64,000 bases of DNA from an uncultured Verrucomicrobiae bacterium (GCA_963775805.1 CAVZKG010000001.1:104180-168179), one strand, 5' to 3'. Positions 9,751 through 22,751 are shown, numbered from the stretch's first letter. Notes: generated from the sequence alone by a model not told the origin. Numbers and translations: made by a program.

Positions 9751-10569
9751 TCAAATAATGTCCGCGAAAGTTTTCTCCGTCTTGCGGAAGTACCAGATAC
9801 CAAGAAACAAGAATAAAGTGATAACCAGTATCGAAAGTGCAAAACCGGGCAAATAGATGGGCGACGCGCCCCGACAGACGGCCCAGCGAAATCCATCGAT
9901 GACTCCGACAATGGGATTGAGGGAATAGAGAAGGCGCCATTTTTCCGGGATCACGTCGCTGCTGAAACCGACTGGGGAAATGAACAGGCCGAACTGCACG
10001 ATAAACGGTATTATGTAACGGAAATCGCGATACTTAACGTTTAGAGCGGTCAAGTACAAGCCTGGACCGAGCGCTGCGAGAAATGCCAGGAGTGTGAACA
10101 AAGGGAGGGTTAGCAATCGCCAATCAGGCATATAACGAAACCAGATCATGAGAAATCCCAGCAGCGCGGCTGATATCAGGAGATCCACGAGACTCGTGAT
10201 GACTGCTCCGGCAGGGATGATAAGACGTGGGAAATAGACCTTCGAAATTAGGTTGTTGTTGACTACCAGGCTCTGGCTGGCTTCCGATAACGAGTTGGAG
10301 AAGAATTGCCATGGCAACATCGCGGCAAAGACCAGGATCGGATAAGGAATGCCATGGGAAGGCATCTTGGCGATCCGGCCAAACACCACCGTAAAAATGA
10401 GCATCGCCAGTAATGGACGCAAAATTGCCCACAGCACGCCGATCGCGGTTTGTTTATAGCGGACGCAAATGTCACGCCACGCGAGTATATAGAATAGTTC
10501 GCGATAACGCCAAAGGTCGTACCAGTAATTCTTTTCCGCACGACCCGGTTCAATCAAAAGTTCCTGCAT
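9751..10569 (-). CDS. wzm: Polysaccharide ABC exporter permease
   Basis: RYKQTAIGVLWAILRPL, KVYFPR, YRDFRY, LNPIVG. Start set at ATG 10569. Confidence 0.93.
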   Translation of the reverse strand: MQELLIEPGRAEKNYWYDLWRYRELFYILAWRDICVRYKQTAIGVLWAILRPLLAMLIFTVVFGRIAKMPSHGIPYPILVFAAMLPWQFFSNSLSEASQSLVVNNNLISKVYFPRLIIPAGAVITSLVDLLISAALLGFLMIWFRYMPDWRLLTLPLFTLLAFLAALGPGLYLTALNVKYRDFRYIIPFIVQFGLFISPVGFSSDVIPEKWRLLYSLNPIVGVIDGFRWAVCRGASPIYLPGFALSILVITLFLFLGIWYFRKTEKTFADII

Positions 10570-10668
10570 TTGTACAATTCTGTGAAGCAAAGCGATCGTT
10601 TGTATAACTGCTTGGTTATTACAGGTGTGCGTGGATCGCTCAGGTAGACTCAGTTGTGAAAATCGAGG

Positions 10669-11535
10669 CTACGCGCTATGCGTTAACTTCGCCACTTTTC
10701 TCTGGAGCTTGTGAACAAACTCGACCACAAAGCCCCCGCGTTTTCGCCATTCCTGCTTGCGGAGTTCGCTGGCCATCTGCTTTTCCGCGTTCCACGGAAA
10801 CTGCGGAGAGAGCTTGGGATTGATTTTCAGCGGCAGCGCGAACGCCAGGATGTAAGCGCGTCGTGGATTGGGTGACGTGTTTGCTCCGGCATGATGGAGA
10901 GTCCGGCAATGGTGAATCGTGCATCCGCCGGCAGGGAGCGGACAGGGTATAGCCTTCGTTTCGTCAAAGCTATCGACGCACATGAGCCCATGAATCCGGG
11001 GATCGTTGCTCGGAGAGGCGTGACGTAAGACCCGTTCAGTATGAGAGCCGGGAATAAACTCCAGGCACCCGCTACTGGCATCCACCGGTTGTAGGGGCAT
11101 CCAGACACTTATCTCCTTATAGCCCGGAGCGTAGTCGTACCGGAAAGCTTCATCCTGGTGCCACGGTGTTGGTGATCCGATACCCGGGGGTTTTAAAATG
11201 GCGTGCTCGAAGACTCCATATGCCTGTGGACCCAGTAATTGTTTGGCAATCGAGAGGGCATTTGCGCGAAAAATCGTCTTCTTCAATTCCGGCGCGAAAT
11301 TGACCGGGTCAATAATCTGCGGGGAGGTTTGCGGCCGATTATCATCCTCGTCTGCACTAGCGGCGTCGAAGAACGCGCCTTGTCGGCGGCCAACCTTTTC
11401 AGCGAATAGCCGATCGTAGATGCCTTTCAAATATTCTACTTCTTCCGGCGGGCTGATCTGATCCAGATGAAGGTAGCCGTGGTCTTTAAAGAACTGAATT
11501 TGTTCTTCGGTTAATACTAGTGTGGAATTGCTCAT
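10669..11535 (-). CDS. Phytanoyl-CoA dioxygenase (PhyH) family Fe(II)/2-oxoglutarate dioxygenase
   Basis: LTEEQIQFFKDHGYL, WHQD (HxD), GCLEFIPGSH, LHHAGANTS..RRA. Start set at ATG 11535. Confidence 0.88.
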   Translation of the reverse strand: MSNSTLVLTEEQIQFFKDHGYLHLDQISPPEEVEYLKGIYDRLFAEKVGRRQGAFFDAASADEDDNRPQTSPQIIDPVNFAPELKKTIFRANALSIAKQLLGPQAYGVFEHAILKPPGIGSPTPWHQDEAFRYDYAPGYKEISVWMPLQPVDASSGCLEFIPGSHTERVLRHASPSNDPRIHGLMCVDSFDETKAIPCPLPAGGCTIHHCRTLHHAGANTSPNPRRAYILAFALPLKINPKLSPQFPWNAEKQMASELRKQEWRKRGGFVVEFVHKLQRKVAKLTHSA

Positions 11536-11578
11536 TGGTTTGCATGACGATTGGGGTTGGATTGTTGATCCGCTGTAG

Positions 11579-12133
11579 TCACTTACATTTTGGCACAGCG
11601 AGAAGCGCCAGGTCCGCGACACTGGCTTCTGCGTGGAGATTACGGCCCATCCATTCGATGAGGATTTCGACGCGGTCTCTCGCCTCGATCAGACGGGTGA
11701 CAAGAGCTTCCAGGCCCTGGAGCGGGCCTTGAGTGATCTGGACATTCTGACCCGGTTCGAGCCGCGTATTAATCTCCACAAGCTCGTCATCTCCCATGCG
11801 AGCTTTCATTTCTCTTATTAGTTTATCAGGTAAAAGGGCAAGCCGATCTCCGAATTGCACGAAGCCGCGGACACCGGGTTTGGCTTTCACTCGCCGATGG
11901 AGCGAAGCATAGTCAAAGCGAGCAAAGAGATAGCCTGGAAACATCGATTCGACAAACCAAACCGGCCCACGATTTGTATGTTTCCGAAAGCGGACCCGCG
12001 GGCAGAAGGCGTCCAGCTCGAACGCCTGGCGAAGGCAAGCTGCCGCGATATGTTCTCGTTTAGTCTGGGCTGTGAGACAAAACCAGGATTTGGCAGGCTG
12101 GTTGCGTGAGATTTCAGCTGGGGTCAGGAGCAT
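11579..12133 (-). CDS. NusG paralog, RfaH-like transcription antiterminator
   Basis: NGN domain (WFCL..., MFPGYLFARFD, GVRGFVQFG) and KOW domain (PGQNVQITQGPLQGLEA). Resembles the RfaH motifs EPLFPNYLFVEFD and GVSHFVRFG. Confidence 0.9.
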   Translation of the reverse strand: MLLTPAEISRNQPAKSWFCLTAQTKREHIAAACLRQAFELDAFCPRVRFRKHTNRGPVWFVESMFPGYLFARFDYASLHRRVKAKPGVRGFVQFGDRLALLPDKLIREMKARMGDDELVEINTRLEPGQNVQITQGPLQGLEALVTRLIEARDRVEILIEWMGRNLHAEASVADLALLAVPKCK

Positions 12134-12191
12134 AGTGAATTCTGATAGAATTGCTGAGTGGAATAATGTTGAGCAGAAGAAGTTACCTGGG

Positions 12192-12203
12192 CGCGCTGCC
12201 GCC
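12192..12203 (-). promoter_or_regulatory. ops-like element (GGCGGCAGCGCG)
   Basis: Minus strand reads CCAAGGGCGGCAGCGCGC, compared with enterobacterial ops GGCGGTAGCGTG. Lies about 60 nt upstream of the RfaH-like gene on the non-template strand. Confidence 0.6.
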
Positions 12204-12363
12204 CTTGGTCGCGGCCTCTCGGTTCGGACAAGATGTCATAAATCTTCGTTAGTGTTAAGCCCACCAACCAATGCGGGGGCTTATTTGGCGTCGTCAATCT
12301 CTTTCTGCGACGACCGGTGCGGTTTGCTTCAATTGCTAAGTGGTTTGCTACGCAAATAGAAAT

Positions 12364-13857
12364 TCAATGAGCGTTTTTATTTCTTAGAAAAGTCAGGATC
12401 ATTGTCTGGAAATCGAAAATTGGATTCCAGTGTTCGACGTAGTAGAGGTCGTGGCTGATTCGATCGTTCAAATCGGTATCGCCACGAAGCCCATTAACCT
12501 GGGCCCAACCGGTCATGCCGGGTTTCACTGCATGCCGGGCATTGTAGTGTGCGATCTCGTGTTTAAAATCCTTGATCAATTCCGGGCGCTCCGGGCGCGG
12601 CCCAACGAGACTCATTTGTCCCTTTAGTACATTCCAGAATTGAGGCAATTCGTCGATGTTCCACTTGCGCATGAATTCGCCGATTCGAAGCCGGCGAGCG
12701 TCATGTTCGGTGGACCAGCCGACCTTTCCATCCTTTTCAGCATCGAGGCGCATGCTGCGAATTTTCAACATGTCGAAAGTTTTGCCATTTCTGCCGAGCC
12801 GGCGCTGTCTGTAAAAAACGGGGCCTGGCGATTCGTGGAAGACGAATGCAGCAAAGATCGCAATGAGAGGAGCTGACAAGATTAGTCCGACGGAAGCTCC
12901 GAGAATATCGACAAGACGTTTCACTAATCTGTTAAACATCCGATCCAGCGGAAGCCGCGAGACACCAAGGATCGGAACTCCACTGATAGTTTCCAGGTAG
13001 AGGCCCGAGACCAGGATGGAAAAATAGGACGGCACAACTTTAAATTGGACCAGTTCCTTCTCGCACAAGGCAGCAAGCGCCTCCCAATGCTTGACCGAGA
13101 CGTTCACATCCGCCACGAGCACAATATCCAGGGCCAGAGTAGTCAGCAGACGCCGGATTGCTCTATAGTCGTCCGAGCGCAGAATGTCCTGTGGAGGCTG
13201 CAGTTGAAAAGCACCTGCAGGAGAAGGGACACAACAGACTACCTCATAGGGATGGGACGAATCTTTCTCGATAAAATCCTTGAGTCGTTGTGCAGAGGCT
13301 GTCCATCCGACGACTAAGATCCGCTGGCGTAACTTGCCTGTAACCGACTCTTTTCGGAGATGCCGATAAAGAAGCCGGCGCCATGTATAAAGGCCCGTCA
13401 TCGTGGTAACGGTTGCCACTGTCACGTAGACCCTGGAGAGCGATGGCTGAAATTTGAAGAAGAGTGAAAAGCCGAGGAACCCTGTTCCCCATACAATGCA
13501 CGCGAGGAAGACTTCCTTCAGCGTTGAATAGCGATGCACGATTGAGGAGCCCTCATACATCTGTTTCTGCGCCAATACGAGCAGGAGAGAGGCGGACCCG
13601 AAGAGAATATAGTTTGAATAGTTGCTAAGGGTAATTCCCGGCGCTTCTACACCAAAATCGCGCAGGCCGGTTTCGAAGCGCAACCAGAAGGCCAGCAAAA
13701 GAGAAATAAAGACGACCACTGTGTCGCCAGCGAAACAGAAAAATGCAACCCGAAGAGGGAATTGTCTGCATTCCTCCATCAGACCCAGGTCTGCGCGGCT
13801 TGCCGCAAGGTCCCGTTGAACGGGTCTGGCTATATCGGACGTTAACATTCGCTCCAC
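12364..13857 (-). CDS. Undecaprenyl-phosphate sugar phosphotransferase (WcaJ-like initiating transferase)
   Basis: N-terminal TM helices, KRLVDI, KIRSMR, IDELPQFWNVLKGQMSLVGPRPERP, KPGMTGWAQVNG. AGGAGGA SD before the GTG start. Confidence 0.93.
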   Translation of the reverse strand: MERMLTSDIARPVQRDLAASRADLGLMEECRQFPLRVAFFCFAGDTVVVFISLLLAFWLRFETGLRDFGVEAPGITLSNYSNYILFGSASLLLVLAQKQMYEGSSIVHRYSTLKEVFLACIVWGTGFLGFSLFFKFQPSLSRVYVTVATVTTMTGLYTWRRLLYRHLRKESVTGKLRQRILVVGWTASAQRLKDFIEKDSSHPYEVVCCVPSPAGAFQLQPPQDILRSDDYRAIRRLLTTLALDIVLVADVNVSVKHWEALAALCEKELVQFKVVPSYFSILVSGLYLETISGVPILGVSRLPLDRMFNRLVKRLVDILGASVGLILSAPLIAIFAAFVFHESPGPVFYRQRRLGRNGKTFDMLKIRSMRLDAEKDGKVGWSTEHDARRLRIGEFMRKWNIDELPQFWNVLKGQMSLVGPRPERPELIKDFKHEIAHYNARHAVKPGMTGWAQVNGLRGDTDLNDRISHDLYYVEHWNPIFDFQTMILTFLRNKNAH

Positions 13858-13939
13858 ACCGTGTCCTCCTTGATAAATCAGTTACCCAGTAAAAGTGTTT
13901 GCTAATTGAAGTTAGCGACAAATCTGCCGCAACATTCGA

Positions 13940-16027
13940 TCACACTGCCTGGACGCCCGCCTTGGCGTAGTCACCGGCATATTCAGAAAAATAGTATCGA
14001 TCGCGTGAAAGTCGCTGGATGCGGTTAAAGACAATTCCGTCAGGCTTGGATCCGGCTTGCGTCAAGAGAGTGTATGCCCTGACGATGGCGTGGCGCGCCG
14101 TTTTACCTGCTCGGACAACAAAACAGATGGAGTCAATATATCTCGCGATGAGCTGAGTATCGCTGACGGCGTTTATCGGAGCGCTATCCAGAACCACGCG
14201 ATCAAAGTTGAGTGTTGCCTCGTGAAGCAACTCAGCGAAATCGGCCGAGGCGAGCAGTTCCGCCGGTTTTGAAACGCGGTCGCCTGCAGGCAGTATGAAT
14301 AGGTTTTCGATACCAGTGCTTTTGGAACAATCCACGACAGAAGCACGTCGAGCCAGACAAGCGGTCAATCCGCGCGTCTTTCCGCCGGCACCAAAAAGTC
14401 TACTGAGATTTGGTCGACGTAAATCGCCATCGATCAGCAGGGTTCGCAGGCCGGTTTGCGCTAGTGCAACTGCAAAGTTGAATGAACAATAGGTTTTACC
14501 TTCGGCTGGATTAGAGCTGGTGAATAAAATCGTCCGCCGATTTTTTTCAGGCTCGAGAAAAGAGAGCGCAGTCCGAAGCGAGCGGAATGATTCGGCCTCG
14601 TACGAGCCCGGATCACTGATCAGGACAGAGGTTTCTTCAAGGTCTTTTCGCTTGGATTCGGGAACCGACGTCAATGACGAAAGTCCCAGAGTTTGCTCAA
14701 CTTGATCGACGCTGCGCATCGTGCTGTCGGCCATGAATGTGGCAAACACAATACCGCATCCGATAACGAGCCCGCCCAGAAATGCAAGGGCCAGAATCTT
14801 GAGCTTAGCCGGTTTAGCTGGCTTAGCAGAGATGAGCGGAGATTCGATGACGTGGATATCATTGTCCCAGATTCCTCTGGCAACATTTGTGACTTTCATC
14901 CGAGTCAGCACCGATTCGTAAAGTGCTCGATCTGTCTCCACTTCGCGGACCAAAGCATTATACGGGATCGCGATCTTGTTCAGTTCCAAGGCGGTCTGTT
15001 CCTGTTCCTGGAGCGCTTCCGTTAGTTTCGCCTCGGTCGCTTTGGATGCTTCGTACGATTTGATAACCATGTTTCCGACATTGACCAGCGTCCGATCAAG
15101 CGAATCCCGAAGTCCTCTGAGTTGGCTTTCCGCTTTGTATCTGGATTCCTTATCCGCAAGCGCCTGACGCAGAGTCGAAACTATCGGCAGCGCGGCGACG
15201 CTTGGCAGCGCCATTAGCTCATCCGCTGTTTTTACTTTGCCCCCTTTAATCAGTGCGACATCGGCTTCCAGCTTCAGACGATCGCTCTTGGCATCCGTTA
15301 CCTTTATATTCAGCTCTTTGAGTTTCTCGACCGTAATATTTTGTTTATCCTCTAGTGAAACGGCGTTGTGATCTTCGCGAAATTTCTCCACTTCTTCCTC
15401 TGCACTCCCCAGCTTGACCTTAAGCCGGTCCGCTTCCTGCCGGAGATAGTCGTTCGCAGTATTTGAGAGACCAATTTTTTGCTGATAACCTTGACTGACG
15501 AACTCTCTGACCATTGATTCTGCAAGCTGTTGAGCCCGCTCTGCATCCGGATCATCCACTGTGATGTCGATCAGCCGTGTTCCACGACGGAGCGCGACCT
15601 TAACCTTCGAACGGAAGCGGGCGACCATTTCGCTATCGAGATAGGGCAATCCACTCTTCTTTGGTGGAGCAAAAGAGGGATCCTTATCGAGTGAATTAAC
15701 TTTTACGACTCGCAACAATAGTGTGTCACTCAACAAAGCCTGCTCGATCGTTTTCAGAACTTCGGGCAATCTGATATCTTGGTCGGTGTCGGCATTGAAA
15801 TCCTGAACATTATTGACCTTTGGCGTTTCCTGTTCCACTTCAATGACCGCGCGCGATTCATAGATTTTCTGAGCGAAAATCAGGTAAGCGATGGCCGCCG
15901 CCAAAGCGAAAACGACACAGAGAATAATCACCCAGGATTTACTCAGCGTCGAACGCCACAATTGACTGAAGTCAAATGTTTGCGTCTGGGCGTCGGTTGT
16001 CTGTACAGATACGGAATTCGTGTTCAC
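13940..16027 (-). CDS. wzc: Wzc/GumC-type polysaccharide co-polymerase with tyrosine autokinase domain
   Basis: Two TM helices flanking a coiled-coil periplasmic region, Walker A PAEGKT, IDGDLRRP, VLDSAP, C-terminal Tyr cluster RYYFSEYAGDY. Confidence 0.9.
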   Translation of the reverse strand: MNTNSVSVQTTDAQTQTFDFSQLWRSTLSKSWVIILCVVFALAAAIAYLIFAQKIYESRAVIEVEQETPKVNNVQDFNADTDQDIRLPEVLKTIEQALLSDTLLLRVVKVNSLDKDPSFAPPKKSGLPYLDSEMVARFRSKVKVALRRGTRLIDITVDDPDAERAQQLAESMVREFVSQGYQQKIGLSNTANDYLRQEADRLKVKLGSAEEEVEKFREDHNAVSLEDKQNITVEKLKELNIKVTDAKSDRLKLEADVALIKGGKVKTADELMALPSVAALPIVSTLRQALADKESRYKAESQLRGLRDSLDRTLVNVGNMVIKSYEASKATEAKLTEALQEQEQTALELNKIAIPYNALVREVETDRALYESVLTRMKVTNVARGIWDNDIHVIESPLISAKPAKPAKLKILALAFLGGLVIGCGIVFATFMADSTMRSVDQVEQTLGLSSLTSVPESKRKDLEETSVLISDPGSYEAESFRSLRTALSFLEPEKNRRTILFTSSNPAEGKTYCSFNFAVALAQTGLRTLLIDGDLRRPNLSRLFGAGGKTRGLTACLARRASVVDCSKSTGIENLFILPAGDRVSKPAELLASADFAELLHEATLNFDRVVLDSAPINAVSDTQLIARYIDSICFVVRAGKTARHAIVRAYTLLTQAGSKPDGIVFNRIQRLSRDRYYFSEYAGDYAKAGVQAV

Positions 16028-17064
16028 GCGAATGATACCGAGGTAAACGTTGAGCGGCTGATCCGGACAAGCGTGTGTGCAAGCTTTTTACGAAAAAAAG
16101 CCTCCCTCTCGCCCAGGTGCGGTCAATCCATTTGTCGCACTGTCTATCGTTATTCGATAGACGTGCCTGTCTTCCTAATACAGGCATGAAGCCTTAGATG
16201 GTTTCAAAGGCAAAAATATTCGATCTATTCGAAAATTCTTTTGAGGTTCGCGGACAAAAAGCGAAAAGCGTTTGAATCCGCACACGTGCATCTGGGACAG
16301 CCATATAACCCTTTCTTTCTCATTTTCGCCACATATTCGTTTCCGCAGGCCCTGGTGGATGTCTCGATACCAAGAGAAAAACGACAAACTTGTTTCGGAA
16401 TCCTTCCAAGCGAGCGGAACGTTATCGGTGTGAGCAGGTTTGTTGCCATCTTTCTAAACCGCAAATGCTTCGATTGTAACTATCGGGTGCCTGCTACTTT
16501 ACAAGTGCCGCGCGCGTATTGAAAACGACCGCTGGCATTCTCTGCGGGTAGAAAAAACGCCAACTGTTTGTAAATATGCAGGACAATGAATCTCGTCAGT
16601 CATTGTTGCAAGCGGTAAAGCTGCGCCAGGAGCGATGACGCGACGAAGATTAATTGGTGATAATATTAGTTCGTGATAATTAGGCGAAGCAAAGGATCGC
16701 GATTAGATAATGAGCCAGCTGCGCGGCTTGTGGATTATAGTCGCCTGTTAGGCGGAAAATCTCATGAACGAAGCGGCAAGATCGGATATTAGTTTTACAA
16801 GATGCTGGTATCAAGATAGTTAACCTCATCAAACTGCATTGGAACCGGCAAAATTCGAGAAAAACGAGACGCAGACAAGATTAGCCATTCAGCATAACAT
16901 GTTCATTAGGAGTTATGGCTTTGCGAACGCTTTTACTTGCGAAGAATTTTGGGGTTCGCGCTGGGTCTCGACGATTGTCGACATTGTGCCGGGTTCCCTG
17001 GGTTCAAAATAGTGTTTAGCCACTTGCGGGGCAAAATGGCTGGCGTGACGAGCACAGAGTCGCT

Positions 17065-17160
17065 TGATCCGTGGAAGTGGACAGGCGGGACGCGAATGGA
17101 ACGATGACCAAGTGATCCGCGGAAGTGGACAGGCGGGACGCCTATCCTACGATGGTCAAG
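17065..17160. repeat. Two direct 48-bp copies of a REP-like unit (TGATCCG..GGAAGTGGACAGGCGGGACGC..ACGATG..CAAG)
   Basis: Copies start at 17065 and 17113. The second contains the palindromic core AGGCGGGACGCCT. Confidence 0.8.
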
Positions 17161-17495
17161 CGTTTTAGGCGGCTGATTTAGGTTGGCTTTGGTCTCGGTC
17201 TTCGGCTTAGCGGTGTGTGCGAACAACTGTTTGTTGGATCGGAAACGGCGAATAGGTTGTGAACAACGTGTCAATAGCTTCGATTTTTAGAAGTATGGAG
17301 GTTATTGAAAATGTCGCAATTTTGAGCAAAGAGGGTCCGGATTGCAGTGAGTCGTCAAGGGGCATTGATCGGGCGCCCGGTGGAGTGCAAGGATTTGCAA
17401 GCGTTATAGGGGCAACGATCACGAGCGTGGAGCTGTGAATAACTTTGATGCGGTTGCTGCTCGATCCCGGTCACGACGGTCTCCGTTGCGGGAGA

Positions 17496-17972
17496 CTATT
17501 TCCGGTCATCCGATTTTCCGGAACGGACCGCCTTTCCAAAAGCCATCAACAGGTTTGTCAGGACGCCCAGGCCCCGCCGGGTGTCTTCGTTGTAGGCCCG
17601 TTTAATCAATTCCGATGGGCCGGGTGCTTTTGATGATTTTGCATCGGACAGAATTTGCGGCACGGCTTGTTCGATACCTTCCAACAGTTGGGGATCCACA
17701 GCATCGAGGATCTTTGCGAGGATCATCAGATTCCGGATCGCTCGAATGATTTCCGGACTGTTACCGGTGTCGACAAGGATTTGTAAAATCTTTTCGCTGG
17801 AGCCGAGCGCTCCTTTGACCAATTCGAGAACCCCTCGGTCGTGAAGGCCCTGGAGGATATCGTAGGTCGCAAGCAGGGCTTCAGCATGTTCGTCGGGAGC
17901 ATTCTCAAGGCGGCGGTAGAGAGCCTCGCGCGGATCGCGCTGGGGCAAATTGAGAGGAATCGGCTCGGCCAT
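17496..17972 (-). CDS. DUF1641-family protein (YjgD-like partner of formate dehydrogenase)
   Basis: MAEPI N-terminus, helical, C-terminal DTRRGLGVL..LL.AFGK. Lies 20 nt downstream of the FDH alpha gene. Confidence 0.8.
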   Translation of the reverse strand: MAEPIPLNLPQRDPREALYRRLENAPDEHAEALLATYDILQGLHDRGVLELVKGALGSSEKILQILVDTGNSPEIIRAIRNLMILAKILDAVDPQLLEGIEQAVPQILSDAKSSKAPGPSELIKRAYNEDTRRGLGVLTNLLMAFGKAVRSGKSDDRK

Positions 17973-17992
17973 GCTTGCTCCAGTCTCTGATT

Positions 17993-20947
<2,955 letters not shown>

Positions 20948-20970
20948 GGCAAAAACTCCTTGGGAAGCAT

Positions 20971-21264
20971 GTTGTCAGCGTCGGTTGTCGGTTGCCAGTG
21001 AAATTTTCGTTGGCGGGGGGGAAGAAGTAGTCAAAGCAAGTTGTCAGTGTCGGTGTCAGTTGTCAGTGGGGAGGGTGTGAAGATGACGCTAGTCCTTTTC
21101 CTTAATCGATTCCTGGGGCTCCGCTGCGCGTCACCCCAGGGCTGAATTCCGTTCGCGCCTGCGGCGCTTCATTGGGAACTGAAAACTTCTCTGCTTAAAG
21201 GGAATCCTGATTTTTAAAGGTTTCGCCCATTTTCGCTGACAACGGACAACGGACACTGATAACT
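20971..21264. repeat. Inverted heptamer (GTTGTCA-type) arrays flanking a REP-like hairpin in the fdh/fumC divergent region
   Basis: AGTTGTCAGTGTCGGTGTCAGTTGTCAG (21039-21066) is near-complementary to CTGACAACGGACAACGGACACTGATAACT (21236-21264). Central CCTGGGG..CCCCAGG hairpin at 21112-21140. Confidence 0.7.
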
Positions 21265-21323
21265 TCCTCCGCGACACCCGTTCCCTCCCTGCCAACTGCC
21301 ATTCAACATCAAAGGATTTGCAT

Positions 21324-22730
21324 ATGCCGGAATTCAGGTCGGAAACCGATAGTTTAGGCGCGGTCGAAGTTCCCGCGGATAAGTTGTGGGGCGCGCAGAC
21401 GCAGAGATCACTGGAGCATTTTAGCATCGGACAGAATTTGATCCCGCGCGAGATGATCACCGCGTACGCTGTATTGAAGCGGTCCGCCGCAAAAGCGAAC
21501 TACGCCGGTGGCCGGCTGGCGGCCGATGTAGAGGATCTGATCGTCAAGGTCTGCGACGAGATTCTGAAAGGGGAACACCACGACATGTTTCCGTTGCACG
21601 TTTGGATGACCGGCAGCGGCACACAGTTCAACATGAACGTGAACGAGGTAATCTCGAACAGGTGTTGTCAGCTTGCCGGTACCCCGCTCGGCAGTAAAAA
21701 ACCGGTGCATCCGAACGACCACGTGAATATGTCGCAGTCGTCAAATGATTCGTTCCCGTCTGCGATGTATATCGCAGCAGCAGTCAACGTGAACGAACGC
21801 CTCATTCCCGCAGTGACAGAACTGAGAGACGCGATCGCGGCCAAGTCAAAGCAGTGGGATTCAATCGTCAAAATCGGCCGGACGCACATGCAGGATGCGA
21901 CGCCGATCACGCTCGGCCAGGAATGGTCCGGTTATGTCGGTATGCTTTCGGATAATCTGGAGCGGATCAACGACTCGTTGAAAGATGTTTTCAAACTCGC
22001 GCTGGGCGGGACCGCTGTCGGAACGGGAATAAACGCCGCACCGGGCTTCGCGGAGGCTGTCGCGGCCGAAATCGCCGAATTGACCAATCTGCCTTTTGTC
22101 AGCGCGGTGAACAAGTTCACTGTCCAGGGGGCACACGATGCGTTGGTTCATCTTTCGGCGACGTTCCGAACATTGGCAGTATCACTCTATAAGATCGGCA
22201 ACGATATACGGCTGATGTCGTGCGGACCGCGTGCTGGATTCGCCGAGCTGATCATTCCGTCGAACGAACCTGGTTCATCGATCATGCCGGGCAAAGTGAA
22301 CCCCACGCAAGCCGAAGCGTTGACGATGATCGCAGTGCAAGTGATGGCGAACGACGTAGCGGTTGGTTTCGGAGGCGCCGGCGGTTACCTGGAGATGAAC
22401 GTGTATAAGCCGTTGATCATTTATAACGTGGCGGAGTCCATCACGATTTTAGCGGACGGGTGCAAGAACTTTCGAAAATTTCTCGTGGAAGGAACACAAC
22501 CGAACGTGAAAAAGATCACGGAATATGTCGACCGATCATTGATGCTGGTGACAGCTCTTGCACCGGTGATCGGCTACGATAAAGCGTCGAAGATTGCGCA
22601 CCACGCGTTGGATCACGACCTGACTCTTAAAGCGGCGGCTCTCCAACTCGGTTTCGTGACCGAGGAACAGTTCGACCGCGTCGTTGATCCTGCAAAGATG
22701 GTACGGCCCTATGTAGCCACGGGGTCCTGA
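21324..22730 (+). CDS. fumC: Fumarate hydratase class II
   Basis: [42 protein letters not shown] signature. AAGGA SD. Confidence 0.97.
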   Translation: MPEFRSETDSLGAVEVPADKLWGAQTQRSLEHFSIGQNLIPREMITAYAVLKRSAAKANYAGGRLAADVEDLIVKVCDEILKGEHHDMFPLHVWMTGSGTQFNMNVNEVISNRCCQLAGTPLGSKKPVHPNDHVNMSQSSNDSFPSAMYIAAAVNVNERLIPAVTELRDAIAAKSKQWDSIVKIGRTHMQDATPITLGQEWSGYVGMLSDNLERINDSLKDVFKLALGGTAVGTGINAAPGFAEAVAAEIAELTNLPFVSAVNKFTVQGAHDALVHLSATFRTLAVSLYKIGNDIRLMSCGPRAGFAELIIPSNEPGSSIMPGKVNPTQAEALTMIAVQVMANDVAVGFGGAGGYLEMNVYKPLIIYNVAESITILADGCKNFRKFLVEGTQPNVKKITEYVDRSLMLVTALAPVIGYDKASKIAHHALDHDLTLKAAALQLGFVTEEQFDRVVDPAKMVRPYVATGS

Positions 22731-22751
22731 GCCAACGGGTGTGTCCATTGT

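Noticed and set aside
13920-13931. Partial ops-like TGCGGCAGATTT (- strand) between wzc and wcaJ
   Set aside because: Three mismatches to the ops consensus, too weak to call.
16933-17274. 113-aa ORF with repeated R.I.VPPVHF
   Set aside because: The peptide repeat is just the 48-bp REP-like duplication, with no other coding evidence.
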